NCBI GenBank assembly: GCA_012026655.1
Contig: JAAILG010001228.1
Span: 1 to 64,000, forward strand
Length of the DNA stretch: 64,000 bases
Direction of reading: 5' to 3'
From: Hydrolagus affinis
Lineage: Eukaryota
The notes under the pieces were generated by a model. That model was not told where the DNA came from. It saw nothing but the letters and a program-made list of their open reading frames with translations, and made no database searches. Position numbers and translations under genes: made by a program. The first letter of the stretch is position 1, and every line of letters begins with the position of its first letter. Below, in pieces: positions 1 through 15,100 of this stretch.

Positions 1-54
1 TGCAGCATTTTCTATGTGTTGGGATCTGCTCAGTTGACTGCAATGTGTTTTCAG

Positions 55-154
55 CATCTGTCCATCTGCAATGGCAACATACAAGTGGATGCCTCCTTCA
101 TGCAGACATTATGGAACGTACACCTCATATGTTCAGGCAGCAAGAGAGCAGAAG
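55..154 (+). CDS. RYR3: RyR exon w1 (N-terminal domain)
   Basis: cag|..|gtaaga; [33 protein letters not shown]. Confidence 0.93.
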
Positions 155-3100
155 GTAAGATGTTCTCCTTTCTTAAGGCACATTCATTACAACCCGAGTT
201 TGAAACCAAAGGTGTTTTCAATCTTTTGGGAGTAGCATCTTGGCAACATTTGAAGTCATTATCTGACCTAGAAGCAGGGGAGGTGGAGGTTTGTGACTGA
301 TATCTGGATCATACGGTACTTGCAAATCCACAATCTGCAACTCTAATGTAATACAATTTTCACTGAAGTATTTCCTCAATGGTTACATTTCCATTGACTG
401 GAACAAAAGTTGTTTGTACAGTATATATGTCCACTGTGAAATGTTTTAGCATTTGTAAAGTTTGTGAAATAACCTTTCTTACAAACAGAGGAATTTGGAC
501 TTTTTGTCGGTAATGGGATTCATTGTGATGTTGAAGAATCTATGGGCTTTAATTAATCACTACCATCTGAGTTAGACTCATCTAAGATAGACTAATTGTA
601 TCAATTATTTAACTTTCATTAATCTCCTACACTGGTCTCTGCAGGGTTTCTGATTGGTGGACATGTTCTGCGGCTTTTTCATGGCCATGATGAGTGCTTG
701 ACTTTCCCTCTTCCAGCTCAGAGAAAGGAGGGGCAGAGGTAAGCTTACCTATTTGACCTTACATTACAGTTTGCAGTAATCATTTTATTCTTGTGACACA
801 ATTCAACCTGAAGCAGATTGAAGCAGTAGAGATGAAACATATTTTTGACAATTTGTCTAATTAATTGCAAATCCAAAATGATAGATAGGTTTGAAGGATT
901 TAACCAAGCACTTGTGATCTATCTGCAGAACGGTTCACTTTGAAAGTGGAGAAGCAGGTGCCTGTGCCAGATCGCTATGGCGTCTGGAACCTTTACGGAT
1001 AAGGTAAAGTTTATGTAGAAACCTCAAACACATTTACCTTTTGAATCTTTTGTTCTTTACTCAGAAGGTAAATTAATGACTAAATAGGTGGCTAGGAAGA
1101 GTGAATGAGGGCAGAACCCTGGACTCATTTAAAAAGCAGCTTGAAATTTGGAACACTCTTCGTCCATCATTCCACCCCTTGCCCCTTACGTCCCCATCTT
1201 TAGGTCGCGCCTGAAGACCTTCTTCTTCGACCGTGCCTACAGTCTCCTCCCTATCCCCCCAGCTCGGGGTCATTATCCGCCTCTGTGAAGCGCATTAGGG
1301 CACTACCCTGCATAAGGTGCGCTGTATAAATGCGGGTTGTTTTGTACTTGTTGATGTTAGACTTGTTGAGATACCTTTTTAAAAAATATATATATATTTT
1401 ACTGCATATCTATCTGTGGCAATGTTGGAAATTACCAAAATGTGATGGGTATCATAGTATTTGTGCTTTGACTATTATTTAGCTGGAGTGGAAGTCATAT
1501 AAGATGGGGCCAGGCTTTCCGTTTGCGGCACATCACAACAGGTCTATATCTGGGCTTGGCTGAAGATCAAGGTCTTGTGCTGCTGGATCGAGAAAAGGCA
1601 GACACCAAAGCATCATCATTCTGCTTCCGAACATCAAAGGTACTATAATGGGCAAGATATTATAATAGTTATTAGAGAAGTGTATTATGAAGGGGTGATT
1701 AAAGGTATTGAGGGGTGCAAGTGTGATTCAATCTTCATACATCTGCAGAGCTTGGCTGCAACTAATTTACATTTGTACATTTATGCAATGAATTTCTCAG
1801 TGTATTTCACCCACAGAATATAGTCATTTCACTTTACAGTAGATTCTATGAAGACCTTTGAGACATCATGTCTTGAAGACATGATAAGGCTCAATATCAA
1901 ATGCAAGGATTGTTATTACTATATGATGATCAGAAATTTGCAATGTTCTAAATATTCTGCTAAACTATTGTTGTTTTTATTTTTTGCTCTTGTTTAAATC
2001 CCAAAGGATAAACTGGATTTGGGTATGCGGAAAGAGATAGATGGCATGGGAAACCCTGAGATAAAGTATGGCGATTCAATTTGCATAATACAGCACCTTG
2101 CAAGTGGCCTATGGCTGACATACTGTGCTCCAGATGCCAAATCATCACGTCTGGGAACTCTGAAACGCAAAGTATGTACTAATTATTAGCACCAGATTTG
2201 TGTTTGGGAATTTTCATGTCATTTAATCAACATGTGGAAGTATTATTCTGGATTACATTGTCTGAGAACTTAATCTTTTGAAGTTTTGTGTACTGAATTG
2301 CTGTACAAATGGACTTTACATAGCTCAGTTGGACGGTACACTACATTGCTTGCGCACACCAGCCCACCGAAGTTATGCTAATTCCCCTACCCCTCAATTT
2401 GTGAGTGCGTTAATTTCATTCAGAGTGATGAGAGAGGTTATATAAATAGATTCACTATCTCTGGGCAAGGGGAAGGGTTAAATCACTATCTTATGACCTC
2501 TGCGGAAAAGTGCACCAGTGAATAACGGGTAAGGATAGGAGAGTTCCTGGCTGTGATTTTACCCAATATGTTAAATAATCTCCTATTCATGAAATAAAGA
2601 GGAGGGTGGTAATTAAACAAGAAATGCTCACTCATTCCGAATTGATTGTTCAAATTACAAAAGGATGTTCATTAACTAGGGAATTGATTGTTTTCTCATT
2701 TCGTCACTTTGCCAATAATTTTGAACGAAAACCTAATTTGCTCTTTACTAAAAGATAAGTAGTTCTTACCACCAGGTGAGGCAGAAATTAGTGCTTTGGA
2801 ATTACACTGCCAGATGTTTGGAATAATTAATATTTGCTAAATACTGATCCCAAGTTGCAACTTCTTTGGAACTTATGTTTTTTATATGCAATACATAAAA
2901 TCATGTGGTTTTCAAAAGAACAGACGTATATGGCTTTTAAAAGTCGAGTTCTAATGCATGATTTCAATTGGTAATCCTTAAACACAAAAACAACCATGTG
3001 CTGAGAATAAATTCTCATTTTCATTACAGGTAATATTGCATCAAGAAGGTCACATGGATGATGGTGTAATCCTGCAACGATGTCAAAATGAAGAATCTCA

Positions 3101-6100
3101 GGCAGCTCGTATTATACGGAACACAACAAGTCTCTTCAATCAGTTTATCAGGTACTTGATAAGGAAATAAATACCGTTTCCAAATATTCTTTCAGATATT
3201 TACCTATCATTCTACATCCTAAATTATAAGACCGTAAGGTCATCTTATCTCCCCTTCGCCTTGCCATTGCCGAGGCAGCACTTTCAAACATCATCCTGAT
3301 GTGAAAGGTGCTCAATAAATGTAAATTGTATTGTGTAATTAACATTCGTCTTGGAATGGAAAAAAATCATGGAAACCCTGGAGCATGCAAAGAGCCGGAA
3401 ATTTTATATTTGTTGTTAAAGTGTACTCAGTACTAACATTGACAAACCATTCAAATTATGTTAAGAGGCTAGGCTACAGTTTTAACTTATGCTGCCAGAG
3501 CCCTGTTTATACTGCACCTTAATGCAGGGCTTTTGATAACAAATGTTTATTCTAAACACAATCCTAAAATTATTTGCTTTGAAATTTTAGTGCAACAACT
3601 GTTTTGAGGTTTACATGATTCCTAAATGATAGAATACAAGGTTTAACAGGCAATCTGACTGGAATGAATGTATTGAATTATAGCTTTCAGATGAAACATG
3701 TTAAATGCAATCATTTAGCAGGTTTATAGCTTTGTTTTTGTCTTATATTGTTACCATATAGTTTACCTTTGAGTTTTTGTTTTAAAACTCGCTGTATACT
3801 GTATGCCACATGTTTTAATTCACTCTTGAAAAAACAAGCTACAGTACTTCACATCAGATGTGTTTCAAAATTGTTAGCTGTTTGTTTCAATTGCTTAGAA
3901 AATACTTATAGACACATTTCTACAGGGGCCTCGATTATATGAGTGCAAATGGTAAAACTGCACCAGTCACATTGCCCATGAAAGAAATTGGGGAAGTTTT
4001 GAATGACCTGATCACTTATTTCCATCTACCGGAGGAAGAATTGGAACATGAAGATAAACAGAACAAACTGCGCTCCCTCAGAAACAGACAGAATCTATTT
4101 AAAGAGGAGGTGAGGAAATAATGTCCAGATTGTGTTGAGTGTTTTCATGTTCAGCATTCAGTTCTTGTTTACGGTTTTGTGACCTTTTCAAGGTATGCAA
4201 CGTGCGTTGTTTTATTGCAAAGACCTGCCTTTCGTCTCGGGACACAATCCGTGGTGATGTGATAAACTGTGGACAAATCACAAAGAGCACTTCATTACAT
4301 CAGCTTAAATTAAATATACCCCATCAACATAGCCCATCACTGTGCACCTGCTTCCAAAGAATATGTGGTATAGGAGAATGATTCTAGGCATATTATTTCT
4401 GCTGCTCAGATGCTTATAGTAGCATCCTTGCTACCATCCCAAATTAGGTTAAATAACTCAACACACAGGAGATGAAAACTATATGGTTCAGCTACTTACC
4501 AATTAAGCATGCTGATCCATTAGAGAAGCTCACCTGCTCATGTTTTTCATAAAGATCAGCCAGCTCAGCTTATTCATTATATGAACACCACCCACCAGGA
4601 CCAAAGTTGTGAAATGAGATGTGTTAAAACAGAAACAGACATTATTTGAATATTCAACTCAACGCTACAGGTTTTGGACGTGAATCTGAGATCAAACTCA
4701 TGGTAGCGCACCAAAGTTACAAGGAGCTCCATCTGAATGTTGCATATCAGCCTCACCAATCCTCACAGTTCCTCCCAGCTTCTAATGGACAAGAAGGAGC
4801 CAGTCGGAGCTCATCCATTCTGTTGAAGGACAACAGTGAGATAATATCTGATAATTTGGGGTGATATTGTGGCATATTTGTCTTGTACATAAAAATTGAT
4901 TTGCTGCCTCTACAAGGCTCTGCATACGGTAAAAGGTACAGACGAAAATAAATTGTTTGGGGGAGGGATTCTAGACACGCTGGTATATATCAATTAACTA
5001 AGGGTTAATGCATTAGTAGTACTTCAACCTTTGCCTTGTACTGTATCTATATTTTCCATGATTTAACAAAATAGCATGAGCAATGTGAAACTTAAGCATT
5101 TATCCGTCAAATGAGTCCAACTGATTTAAATTCCCTTCCCTTCAATAAATGTATTCTGCTGCAGAAAAAATACAAATAGTCAGCAAATGCAATATACTTC
5201 AGGCTCATTGAAATTCATTTCACTGACCCAACACTTGTGAAATATTTGAATATTTTGTGGCTAACCCTTTCTAACTTACTTTAAGTAGTTTTCAGCACTG
5301 CATTTACACTTTCAACAAAATCACATGTTTCTATTAAGTCAACACTGTTGCATTTTGATAAATGTGACAGATCACTAAACTCTTGCAGGAGTTTGACATC
5401 ATAACTTATTGCAAGCGATATTTTAGATGGGAACATTTAGAAAATTATAGTCACACAGAGAGAAAGATTATTTTCAATGTGAAACATAATTATTTGTGTG
5501 CCTGAGTGTGTGTGTAGATATATATAGATACAGTATATACAGTAATTGCAGTTTTGTCACTTAACCTTTAAATAATCTATTGCCTTCTTCAACGATGGCA
5601 GTGCTGCTGGGTAAACCACCAAAGTGTAGTCAGTTATTTTAGTGATGCTTGACACTCATGTGACCGTGTTGGAATATCAGGAAAATTCTTATTAAATATT
5701 AAATAAATCATTCCATTGATGACTCTACCATTAATTATGTTACCTAAAGTAGACAATCACAAAGAGCTGTGAGATCGTGACAGCAAAATGCGCAAATAAG
5801 TAAAAGGTGCATGTAAGTTTGCATGTAACTTATTTAGAACAAATTTATAATGTGCACCATGTTGGCTGCCTTATTTAATTCGTATTCTCTTCTACATTCA
5901 CATAAAATGTCTCCTTTCAATCTAAGCAGATGTTTTAAATGTGTTGTCATACTAAAAAGTCTAACAATGCCCCCAAGTGATTGACAAATATAAATATAGA
6001 TTCAACATCTATATTTTACGTTTGTTGATATGAGGCATGTCAGACGAGCAAAACATCCAGCAGGATTAAACTGCATTCCTGCACGTGCTCTTATGATATC

Positions 6101-9100
6101 ACAACGCAAGCATTTTGCTCGTTCCAATAAAGCTCTGTCACGATGACGTGTAGCCGACGTTAATACTTAATGATCTTTGACATGTGAGCCATTGCAGGGA
6201 GCATGATCCTCTAGTATAATTGTGCGTTACCTTGTGAATGTACATTTGATAACTCTTCGGAAGTGCTTCAATTAAATCCCATTCATGGTATAAGTATGCA
6301 GCAATAGCCGAACTGATAAGCAGAACATCCAAGGCAACTCTCCTACTCATTCTTATATTTCATGGATAAATCATTTTAAGACATTAGAATTCAAAAGAAC
6401 ATGTCACTGAAATATCATCTCTTTTCCAACTCTAGGCAATGCTGAGATTGGTACTCAATTGCATTGACCGGCTAAATATCTACCACAGTGCTGCACATTT
6501 TGGAGAATTTGCCGGTGAAGAATCTGGGGCAGCGTGGAAAGATGTGTTAAATTTGCTATATGTGCTGCTAGGTAATTCTATATTTCCAGTGCATATCAGG
6601 ATTATTATAACATTTTGTGGTGAGAAGCAGCCTAGAGTTAACTGGCTATGTAGGGGACAGATACATTTTTAGTTGGAATACCTTTGCTGGTCAATGAGCA
6701 TATACTCAGACCTTTCTCCAGGATAACTAGATGTGTGGATGGAGTGCACAATAAGGCAAGCTTTGAATCATCTGTGAAAGGAGTGGACTTTGTTCAATTT
6801 TATTATAAATTGATTTATTATATACCTAATAGGAAAAAGCATTCCATACTGCGGCATGCAAAATCTGATTGAATCTAATATGAACAGTGGAACTGAAAAT
6901 TTATTAACATTTCTGTTACTTTGAACACACTGTAACGCACTGTTTCTATCATTCTTGAATTAGCAAGCTACAAAGACTTGTAGAACTGACCAAGTTAATG
7001 GCTTGAAACCCAGCTAAACTTGAAACAAGTTTCAATTTTTTTTAACAATTGCTCATGGGATTCAATTTATTGTTAATAATTGACATGTGTTTTCATGCAG
7101 TTCTTAGATCGTTCTTACAATTTAGCCTTAGAATTTGTATGATCAGTACAGATACATCATATATCTTTATATACAGTACCTATAATTTATTTCTTTGTTC
7201 CAGTGTTTTGATTTGTTCAGTTTGTCATGTCCTCCAGTTCATATTGCTGTGGTTCCATTGCTTTTTGTAGCTGCCCTCATACGTGGTAATCGGAGTAACT
7301 GTGCTCAGTTTTCCAAAAACTTAGACTGGCTCGTCAGCAAGTTAGACCGACTGGAATCATCTTCAGGTAAGTTTTCATTTAAGAGTTAAAAATGGATCAC
7401 TTATGATGATCGTCAATGGTGAACAGCAATTTCTTTTTTTTTTAAAAAGTACACTATGAGAAAATAATTAAGGTGATAATCTTCCTTAGGTTTAAGATTG
7501 TGGATTATTTTAGAGTTTATTTTCATTATTTTTGTAATTATTTACCGCAGAATAGCTATGAAATAGATGTGCCGTAGCTAAGAGTGGGTGACACGAGATT
7601 GACGCCCAAACAAATAGTTGGATTTTGGTCAACCACAGAAATATAATCAATGAGAAAATATTCAAGCAGATACTATAAACACTTCACTGTCTATTGTGTT
7701 GCTCTGTTATTTGCAGGTATTTTAGAAGTGTTGCATTGCATCTTGATTGAAAGCCCAGAGGCTCTCAATATAATTGAAGAAGGACATATTAGATCTATCA
7801 TCTCATTACTGGAGAAACACGGACGGAATCACAAGGTGTGTACAGGAGAGGAGAAGTATACGAAAGATGATCAAGAATTGATAATAGATGCAGGAAAAAT
7901 CATAATTTGCAATTTCTGAATCTATAGGTGAATGTTGAGAGAGAAAAACATAAAATACAAACCTCTAAATAATGAGCTCTAGTGTGGCACTCCATCAGTG
8001 GGCCAGTAATGAGGTGGGATGAATTACTAACGGTTTTAATAATAAAGTTTTATTATGCATTTGATATAGTGCTTTTCACGTCTTCACAGAATATACTGTA
8101 AAGTGCTTCACAGAATATACTGTAAAGTGAATTGACTGTATATTTTGGGCGACATCTGTGGCACTTTATATTGGAAGGAAGGAGAGAAAACCAATTAGAG
8201 ATTCTCCACCATAAGAGGTAGCAAACTGATGAGATGTTTGGCTTTTTATTTATACTGAATAGTTCACTTATAAATATACTCATTGTAACTGCTCGTATGC
8301 GACAATAATACTGTTTAACTCAGTTTGGACCATGATCTCTGTGTTATTGTGTTTTAGATCCTGGATGTGTTGTGTTCGCTTTGTGTATGCAATGGTGTTG
8401 CTGTTCGAACCAATCAAAATCTGATTTGCGACAATTTGCTGCCTCGCCATGATTTGCTCCTGCAAACCCGCTTAGTCAATGATGTGGCCAGGTAAAGTCA
8501 ATTACTCCTGTTTATTTCAAAGCAAAGTATTTAATGTTAGTTCTTTACAGAAATTCTCCCCCATTTCAATGAATTAAAGAAAATTGTCTAGTGTCCTAAT
8601 TTATTACCATATAGTGGAATAAAACTACTTTATAAAGGACCAAACATAGACTCTTGCAATTAAGAAATGGGCCATCAAGTTTCTTTGCATCAAGTCTGTA
8701 CTCCACATAAATCATCTTGTCTGATCCCATTTATAGTGATTGGGTTCATCAACTAGAAAGTAAATGAGGGAACTCCCTGTAGGGATTTTTTTTAATCTTC
8801 TGGAAGTTTACATTTAATTTCACATCTAATCTGCAAGTCCATAAGGGTTTAGACTTCCTTGGAACATGTTCATAAATAAAACCAAACTGGTTGCCAATTA
8901 CTACTGATGCTTATTTTCCTTTTTTTTTTAACAGTTTAAGACCGAACATCTTTTTGGGAATCAGTGAAGGATCAGCCCAGTACCAGAAGTGGTATTATGA
9001 ACTGGCCATTGATCAAGTGAATCACTTTTTGACTGCAGATCCTATCCACTTGCGTGTTGGGTGGGCTTCCACAAAAGGCTATGCTCCCTATCCAGGAGGT

Positions 9101-12100
9101 GGAGAAGGGTGGGGTGGCAATGGAGTAGGTGACGATCTGTATTCCTATGGATTTGATGGACTTCACTTGTGGTCAGGTTGGTAACTGGCAGCATTTCAAC
9201 TATTTTGAAATAAATGCTGATTTTATTATTTCAATAATACCTTTTATTATCATTTAGAATAGACTGCTTAATGATCCTAATTGAATTGCTGTAAACTGGA
9301 CTTGTTCTCAAACAGAAAGATTATTGATATTAAACACCGCTGTGTAAGAATGTAAATTATTGTCATCACTTTTATAACAGGTCGAGTGGCTCGAGCAGTG
9401 GCTTCAGTTAATCAACATATACTGAGTTCTGATGATGTAGTTAGCTGTTGCCTGGATTTGGGCATCCCTAGTATGTCTTTCCGCATTAATGGTCAACCAG
9501 TTCAAGGCATGTTTGAGAACTTCAACACTGATGGCCTTTTCTTCCCTGTGGTTAGCTTCTCAGCGGGTGCCAAGTAAGTTGAACTTACCCAGCAAGTCTC
9601 TATTTTGCTTTAGAAAATGCAAACACATGCCATCTAATGCATGTAGGTGTCTACAGTCTATCAGCTAATTTCATTTTCTGTTCATTGTGAAGAGCGAGAC
9701 ATTCCACTTGCTGCCAAGTATAGTGATGTCCTATGAGAAGTATACGCTGTCACAGTCACTAAACTTAGTGGCAAGTGGAGTGTAGCTCATAAATATCATG
9801 TTAGTAAATAACTTTTCTCAATTCACAATTTTTTTTTTAATCATGCTCAAAAGATTGTTTCCTAACCAGACCTGGAGTTCACTAGAGGTTATAATATCAC
9901 AGGAAACCCCTGATTTAGACCTAGACAATTCAATACTGTTGATAGAATTTCTGCATTGCTTTCACTAGTAGCCAATGCAATGAGTGAAATTATCTGACAG
10001 GAGGCGCTCAGCTTCACATGGCAGCAAACCCTATACTGGGTATTAATTTTATCAAGTCATTTTGCATGCATGACCAACTGCCAAGGTAGTCACAGAGGCA
10101 TGTTAGATCATTATCTTTATCAAAAGGCTAAAGCTTAATTGGCAGTTTTTGTACTGCAAAGAACTTGCAGGGCATGAATAGCTCTTTGATAAACAAGCCC
10201 TTGGGAAATATCTGACCCCCGATTGTTATCCTGAAGATACAGATGATTTATTATGAATCCTGAGACTGCACTGACTGTATATTCATACAGGCTAAAATAA
10301 TTTATTTAATATACAGCCTGCACTGTATGTGCATATTTGCATGCTCAACTTTTCTATAATCAAATTAGTTAGCTCACAGATCACAGAAACATTCTAACCA
10401 GAGACTGATTCATTGCCTGTCATCTATATATTTAAGTGGTTGGTTGCATTTCAGTTACCTGTGGGCTTTGATTATATTATACACAGTAACATCTTTGAAT
10501 TAGCATACACATTTGTAACCTTTTAATATTTATGGTCCCTCAAAACCCTTTTAAAACAAGCTCCAGTTTAATCCTCAAATCTCCAAGGACTGTTTGGCAT
10601 TCACCCAGCTCAGAAGATGGGCAAGTCACCAGGTCTTGTTTTTTTTTTAGCTAATCAAGGTATACCGTGTGAGGTAATCTGTGTTTGTTCCTTTGTTTTT
10701 AAGAATGCGCTTTTTGATGGGTGGTCACCATGGCGATTTTAAGTTTTTACCTCCTCCCGGTTATGCGCCCTGCTACGAAGCACTTCTACCAAAGGAGAAA
10801 CTGAGATTGGAGCCAATTAAAGAGTACAAACGAGATAATAACAGCATTCGAGATCTACTTGGCACAACTTCCTTTTTTTCTCAAGCCTCCTTCATCCCCA
10901 AACCTGTAGATACCAGCCAGGTAATTAAACTTGAAATCTACCACAGTGTTCAGATTCATTAAAGTCTTGTGCTGTTCCAAAACCTAAATAATTCCAGCGT
11001 ATGTGTATGATGATGACTTTCTCAGGTTGGTTGTAGTGCTTGCATTCCTTCATAGACAGAATGTTGTCCAGTCAACCATCATTCACTCACCTGGAGAAAA
11101 CTAAACTGATTCAGTCCAAGTGCTATATGTAGACCCACAGGAGGATAGACTAATGTATCTTACAACCCCCTTATGTATAACTGCATGCCTATAGAAAAAA
11201 TCCCAGACATTTTGATATAATTCATGGATGCGGACAATAGGGATTTTAAGATATTTGCCAAAGCCTGAATTGTGCACTTACTTCAAAGATAATAACACAT
11301 GAGATTATGGTGATTGATAGTGAAGATGTTTCTAGGTGTAATCATTTTTTTTAAAAAAAAACAATGATCCTGTATAAAAAATTCCAGGAATTCCAGCATG
11401 TATGTTCAATATAGAATAGATGAAAAAAAAAGGGATATTGTTAGGTTACATAGTAAAAATCTGGAGTAGATTGTCACCATCCTTTGGTTTTAGTTTCAGG
11501 AACGAGTGACAATTGACCCTTGTTTTAAAATAGTGTTGGTTGTGTGTAACCCTGACCCGAAAATCCACAGATGCCCAACATATTTCTCTTTCGACCTATA
11601 GACCTGCATTCTTTTTTCCCTACAACACACAAATACATAATACACTGCTTATGCAATGCATATGCACAGCAAAGCATTGGCATCGTGCAACTGGGCTTTG
11701 GAGGCATTTTTTTTCCACATTAGTTTTCAACGTTTTCTAAACTGCAGCCTGAATGCAGGGTGCTTTAGAATTTTTTTTTAAAACAACTTGCTTATCAGAA
11801 ATGAAAGGGCACAACTTTCAATATACTGTCCAGTACAGATCATTGATCATTTAGGACCATTTTCCATTTAACCCCCAAGTCCTACTACTTTTAGTTTAGT
11901 GATCCTTTGCACTAGTTTTACAATTTATTGGTTGCCTTGCAAGGAATCTGCAAATAAAGAAAGAAATGATACTGGCAGTCCCACTTTGTGTAACACTCTC
12001 ATTGCATGTGGAAGTGAAATAGATGAAACGCTGAAATGTTTCCTGTTATTGTGCAGATTGTTTTACTTCCTCACCTGGAAAAAGTACGCGATAAACTTGC

Positions 12101-15100
12101 AGAAAATATCCATGAACTTTGGGCAATGAATAAGATTGAACTTGGCTGGGTATATGGGAAGGTAAGATTATAATTGGCATAGATATCATGTTAATGAGTT
12201 TGTCTTGCAAAATGAGTTATTAGTTTATTATCATTTTTTATTTTAGTTAGGTAGTCCAATGTTGAAATAAAATATATGTTCATCCCAAGCAATAGTGTGA
12301 TGAAAGATTTGTTGTTCGTTTATAAATTTGAGAAGGCAGTTGTGAGGTTAGAGGATTTTTCAATGCTCTTCATACTAAATCTAATAGGAGAGAGGGTCAA
12401 ACATCATAACCTCTTATTTCTTTAAAATCTGGGCTAAATATACAGTACAGTAACTTATTGGTTTTATTTTCCAATATAAAATTCTGTTATTTTAAGACAT
12501 GGAAAAAGAGTGATTTACTAAGGCTTTTCAATCATCTGCCAAAGTGCACTATTCTGTGATAATTTATTGCGTGTAGATTATTCATTACTTACGGAATGGG
12601 CTTCACTGCAATGTGAATAACAAATGGTTACTAAAATGGAAACCTAGGCATCTTTTAGCAAAATTTCTAGATAATTGTCTCGGTGGTAATGGCCAGTTTG
12701 CTCACTTTGTCTCGTCACAATGCCAGTTCCATCATGCAATACGTTACAAATTTATATTTATACATAGCACCCTTCACTTTGGGAAGGTATTGCAAGGTGC
12801 TTGACATTCCTGGCTTGGCACCTTAGCTGGGTGTGGAAGCCAAGGGGAAGGCGAAAGATGACCAAAGACAAAGTCAAAGAGGAAGATTTTGAGACTGACC
12901 TTGAAAGAGCTCATACTTTAGCTGAGGGATCTTCACGATTGGCAACAAAGTCAGCAATCCTTCTCATAGTTGCCTGTGATTCCTTTTTAGTTGCGAGATG
13001 ACAACAAGAGGCAGCATCCTTGCCTGGTGAATTTTCAAAAACTGCCAGAGCAAGAGAGGAACTACAATTTGCAAATGTCTTTTGAAACATTGAAGTAAGT
13101 TTGTTCTTATTAAATCTCCCTCAGTTACAACTACAATGCAAAAAAAAATTGAGTCTCAGAAGTTACTTAAGGGATTGAAATGTCTTTTCAGGACATTGTT
13201 GGCTCTTGGATGTCACGTTGTTATCACTAAACCTAAAGCTGAAGAAAATCTACAAAGAATGAAACTTCCCAAAAAGTAAGTGTATCCTGATACATATCCT
13301 AATACAGTTAGAAAATAAGTGAACAGGAGAATTTCTATGAGTTGTCCAGTTGATCAGTACGTTTCTTACTTTTTCCATTTACATTGTTAACTTAAGTACC
13401 TTACAGAATATGTGTTCAAACAGATATTCATTGTGTTCAATTCAATCAAACGGATAAAAGTTTAGAATACACTAATACAGATACTGATTTGAATCCCTGA
13501 CTGTCTAAGGCCTTGGTATGTCCTCCTAATGTGAAAGGCACTCTACAAATGTAATTTATTGTTGGTTATTTGACCCATCAAGTCTGCTGGTGTGTTTCTC
13601 TGTACATAAGGAAACTAATCCCATTCAACTGCTCACGCTACTTGTCTTTTCATATTTGTCTATTCCTCGTAAATTGCACAAGTTTTCAGAATTTCAGAAG
13701 TGTTTTTGTTGGGTGATAATTATGTTTTATTGTTCTGTCCGTTAACCTCAAATAATTTGAGAACTAAAGATTAAAAACACTTAATTTGAAAACACAGATT
13801 TTCAGTGTTTTGAGTAATACTTAAGAGTGCAAGAATAAAGAAAGAAGGAAACTTTAATTAGTTCTCTCCCTCAATCAAGATTAGTTTCAGACTAGATCTG
13901 ACAATTTTAATTAAATGGTCGAATTCCTAAAATGAAAGTGTGAAATAATTTTAATACATTTGAAATAATTTTAATACAAAAAAAATCTGCCATTGATTCT
14001 GAAGAACTTCAAGCCCAAGTAGCTTATGTCATTTAGTCAACCTTCCCAGATTGAACCCACAAATGTGAACATAGTATTTATTCATTCTATTCATGTTCTA
14101 TTCAAACATGAATAGAAAATGTTAATCTTGAGAGGAAAATAAATGACATTTAGATTTGGAGGTTTACTTAAAAGTTGCAAGGTTAATCATTTTTCACTGA
14201 CATTTTAAAACATGAAACTTTTTGTTCAATTTTAGCTATATGATGCCAAATGGTTATAAGCCTGCTCCGCTGGACCTTTCGGATGTCAAGCTTCTCTCTA
14301 CCCAAGATGTTCTCGTTGATAAACTGGCTGAAAATGCACATAACGTGTGGGCTAAAGATAGGATCAGACAAGGTTGGACTTATGGCATCCAGCAGGTAAA
14401 AATAACTGATTACGCAGGAGATGTAAACTGACCGACGTCACAACACAAACTAATCAATCTTAATGTTTGTCGTGTGCAGCACAACTTGCCGCTACTATAT
14501 TAGAATTCCATATTAAGTAACTTTGGTTAGAAAATAATTTAGCCTTGTCAAGAAATCAATTCAGCAGTAATATATATGTAACATTCCACTATGGTGTCAC
14601 ACAGCTGGGATAGATGTTAAGTTTAATTTTGGTCCCCCAAAATTATTATAATTAAAATAATGAAGCACCCAACCTTGATATTTGTACAGTATATTCAAAT
14701 TTGATTATCACGTAACCATCTTTCAGTATCAGCTCAGCCTAGTATCAAATGCCACTGAATAGTGCAACCTAATTATTCTGAGCAGTTTTACAGACCTCTC
14801 ATTCTCGCAAATGTTTCCATTGGCGTAAAACAGATAGTAGCTTGTTTGGATGTTTGCAAACCTTTAGCAAATATAGCCTTGTAAGAACTGCGGATGTAAT
14901 AGCCAGGAGCCAGGCTTTGCATGCATACTTGATTAAGACATTGAATGAGTGTAACAGATTATCATAATTTTCAGTTGTAATTAAATGCTGATAAACCTGG
15001 AAACTTACAATGGGTGCAAATAAATAAGAACATTGGTATAGGATCTATTTATTGATATTACCTATTACTGTAATTAGGATGTTAAAAACAGAAGGAATCC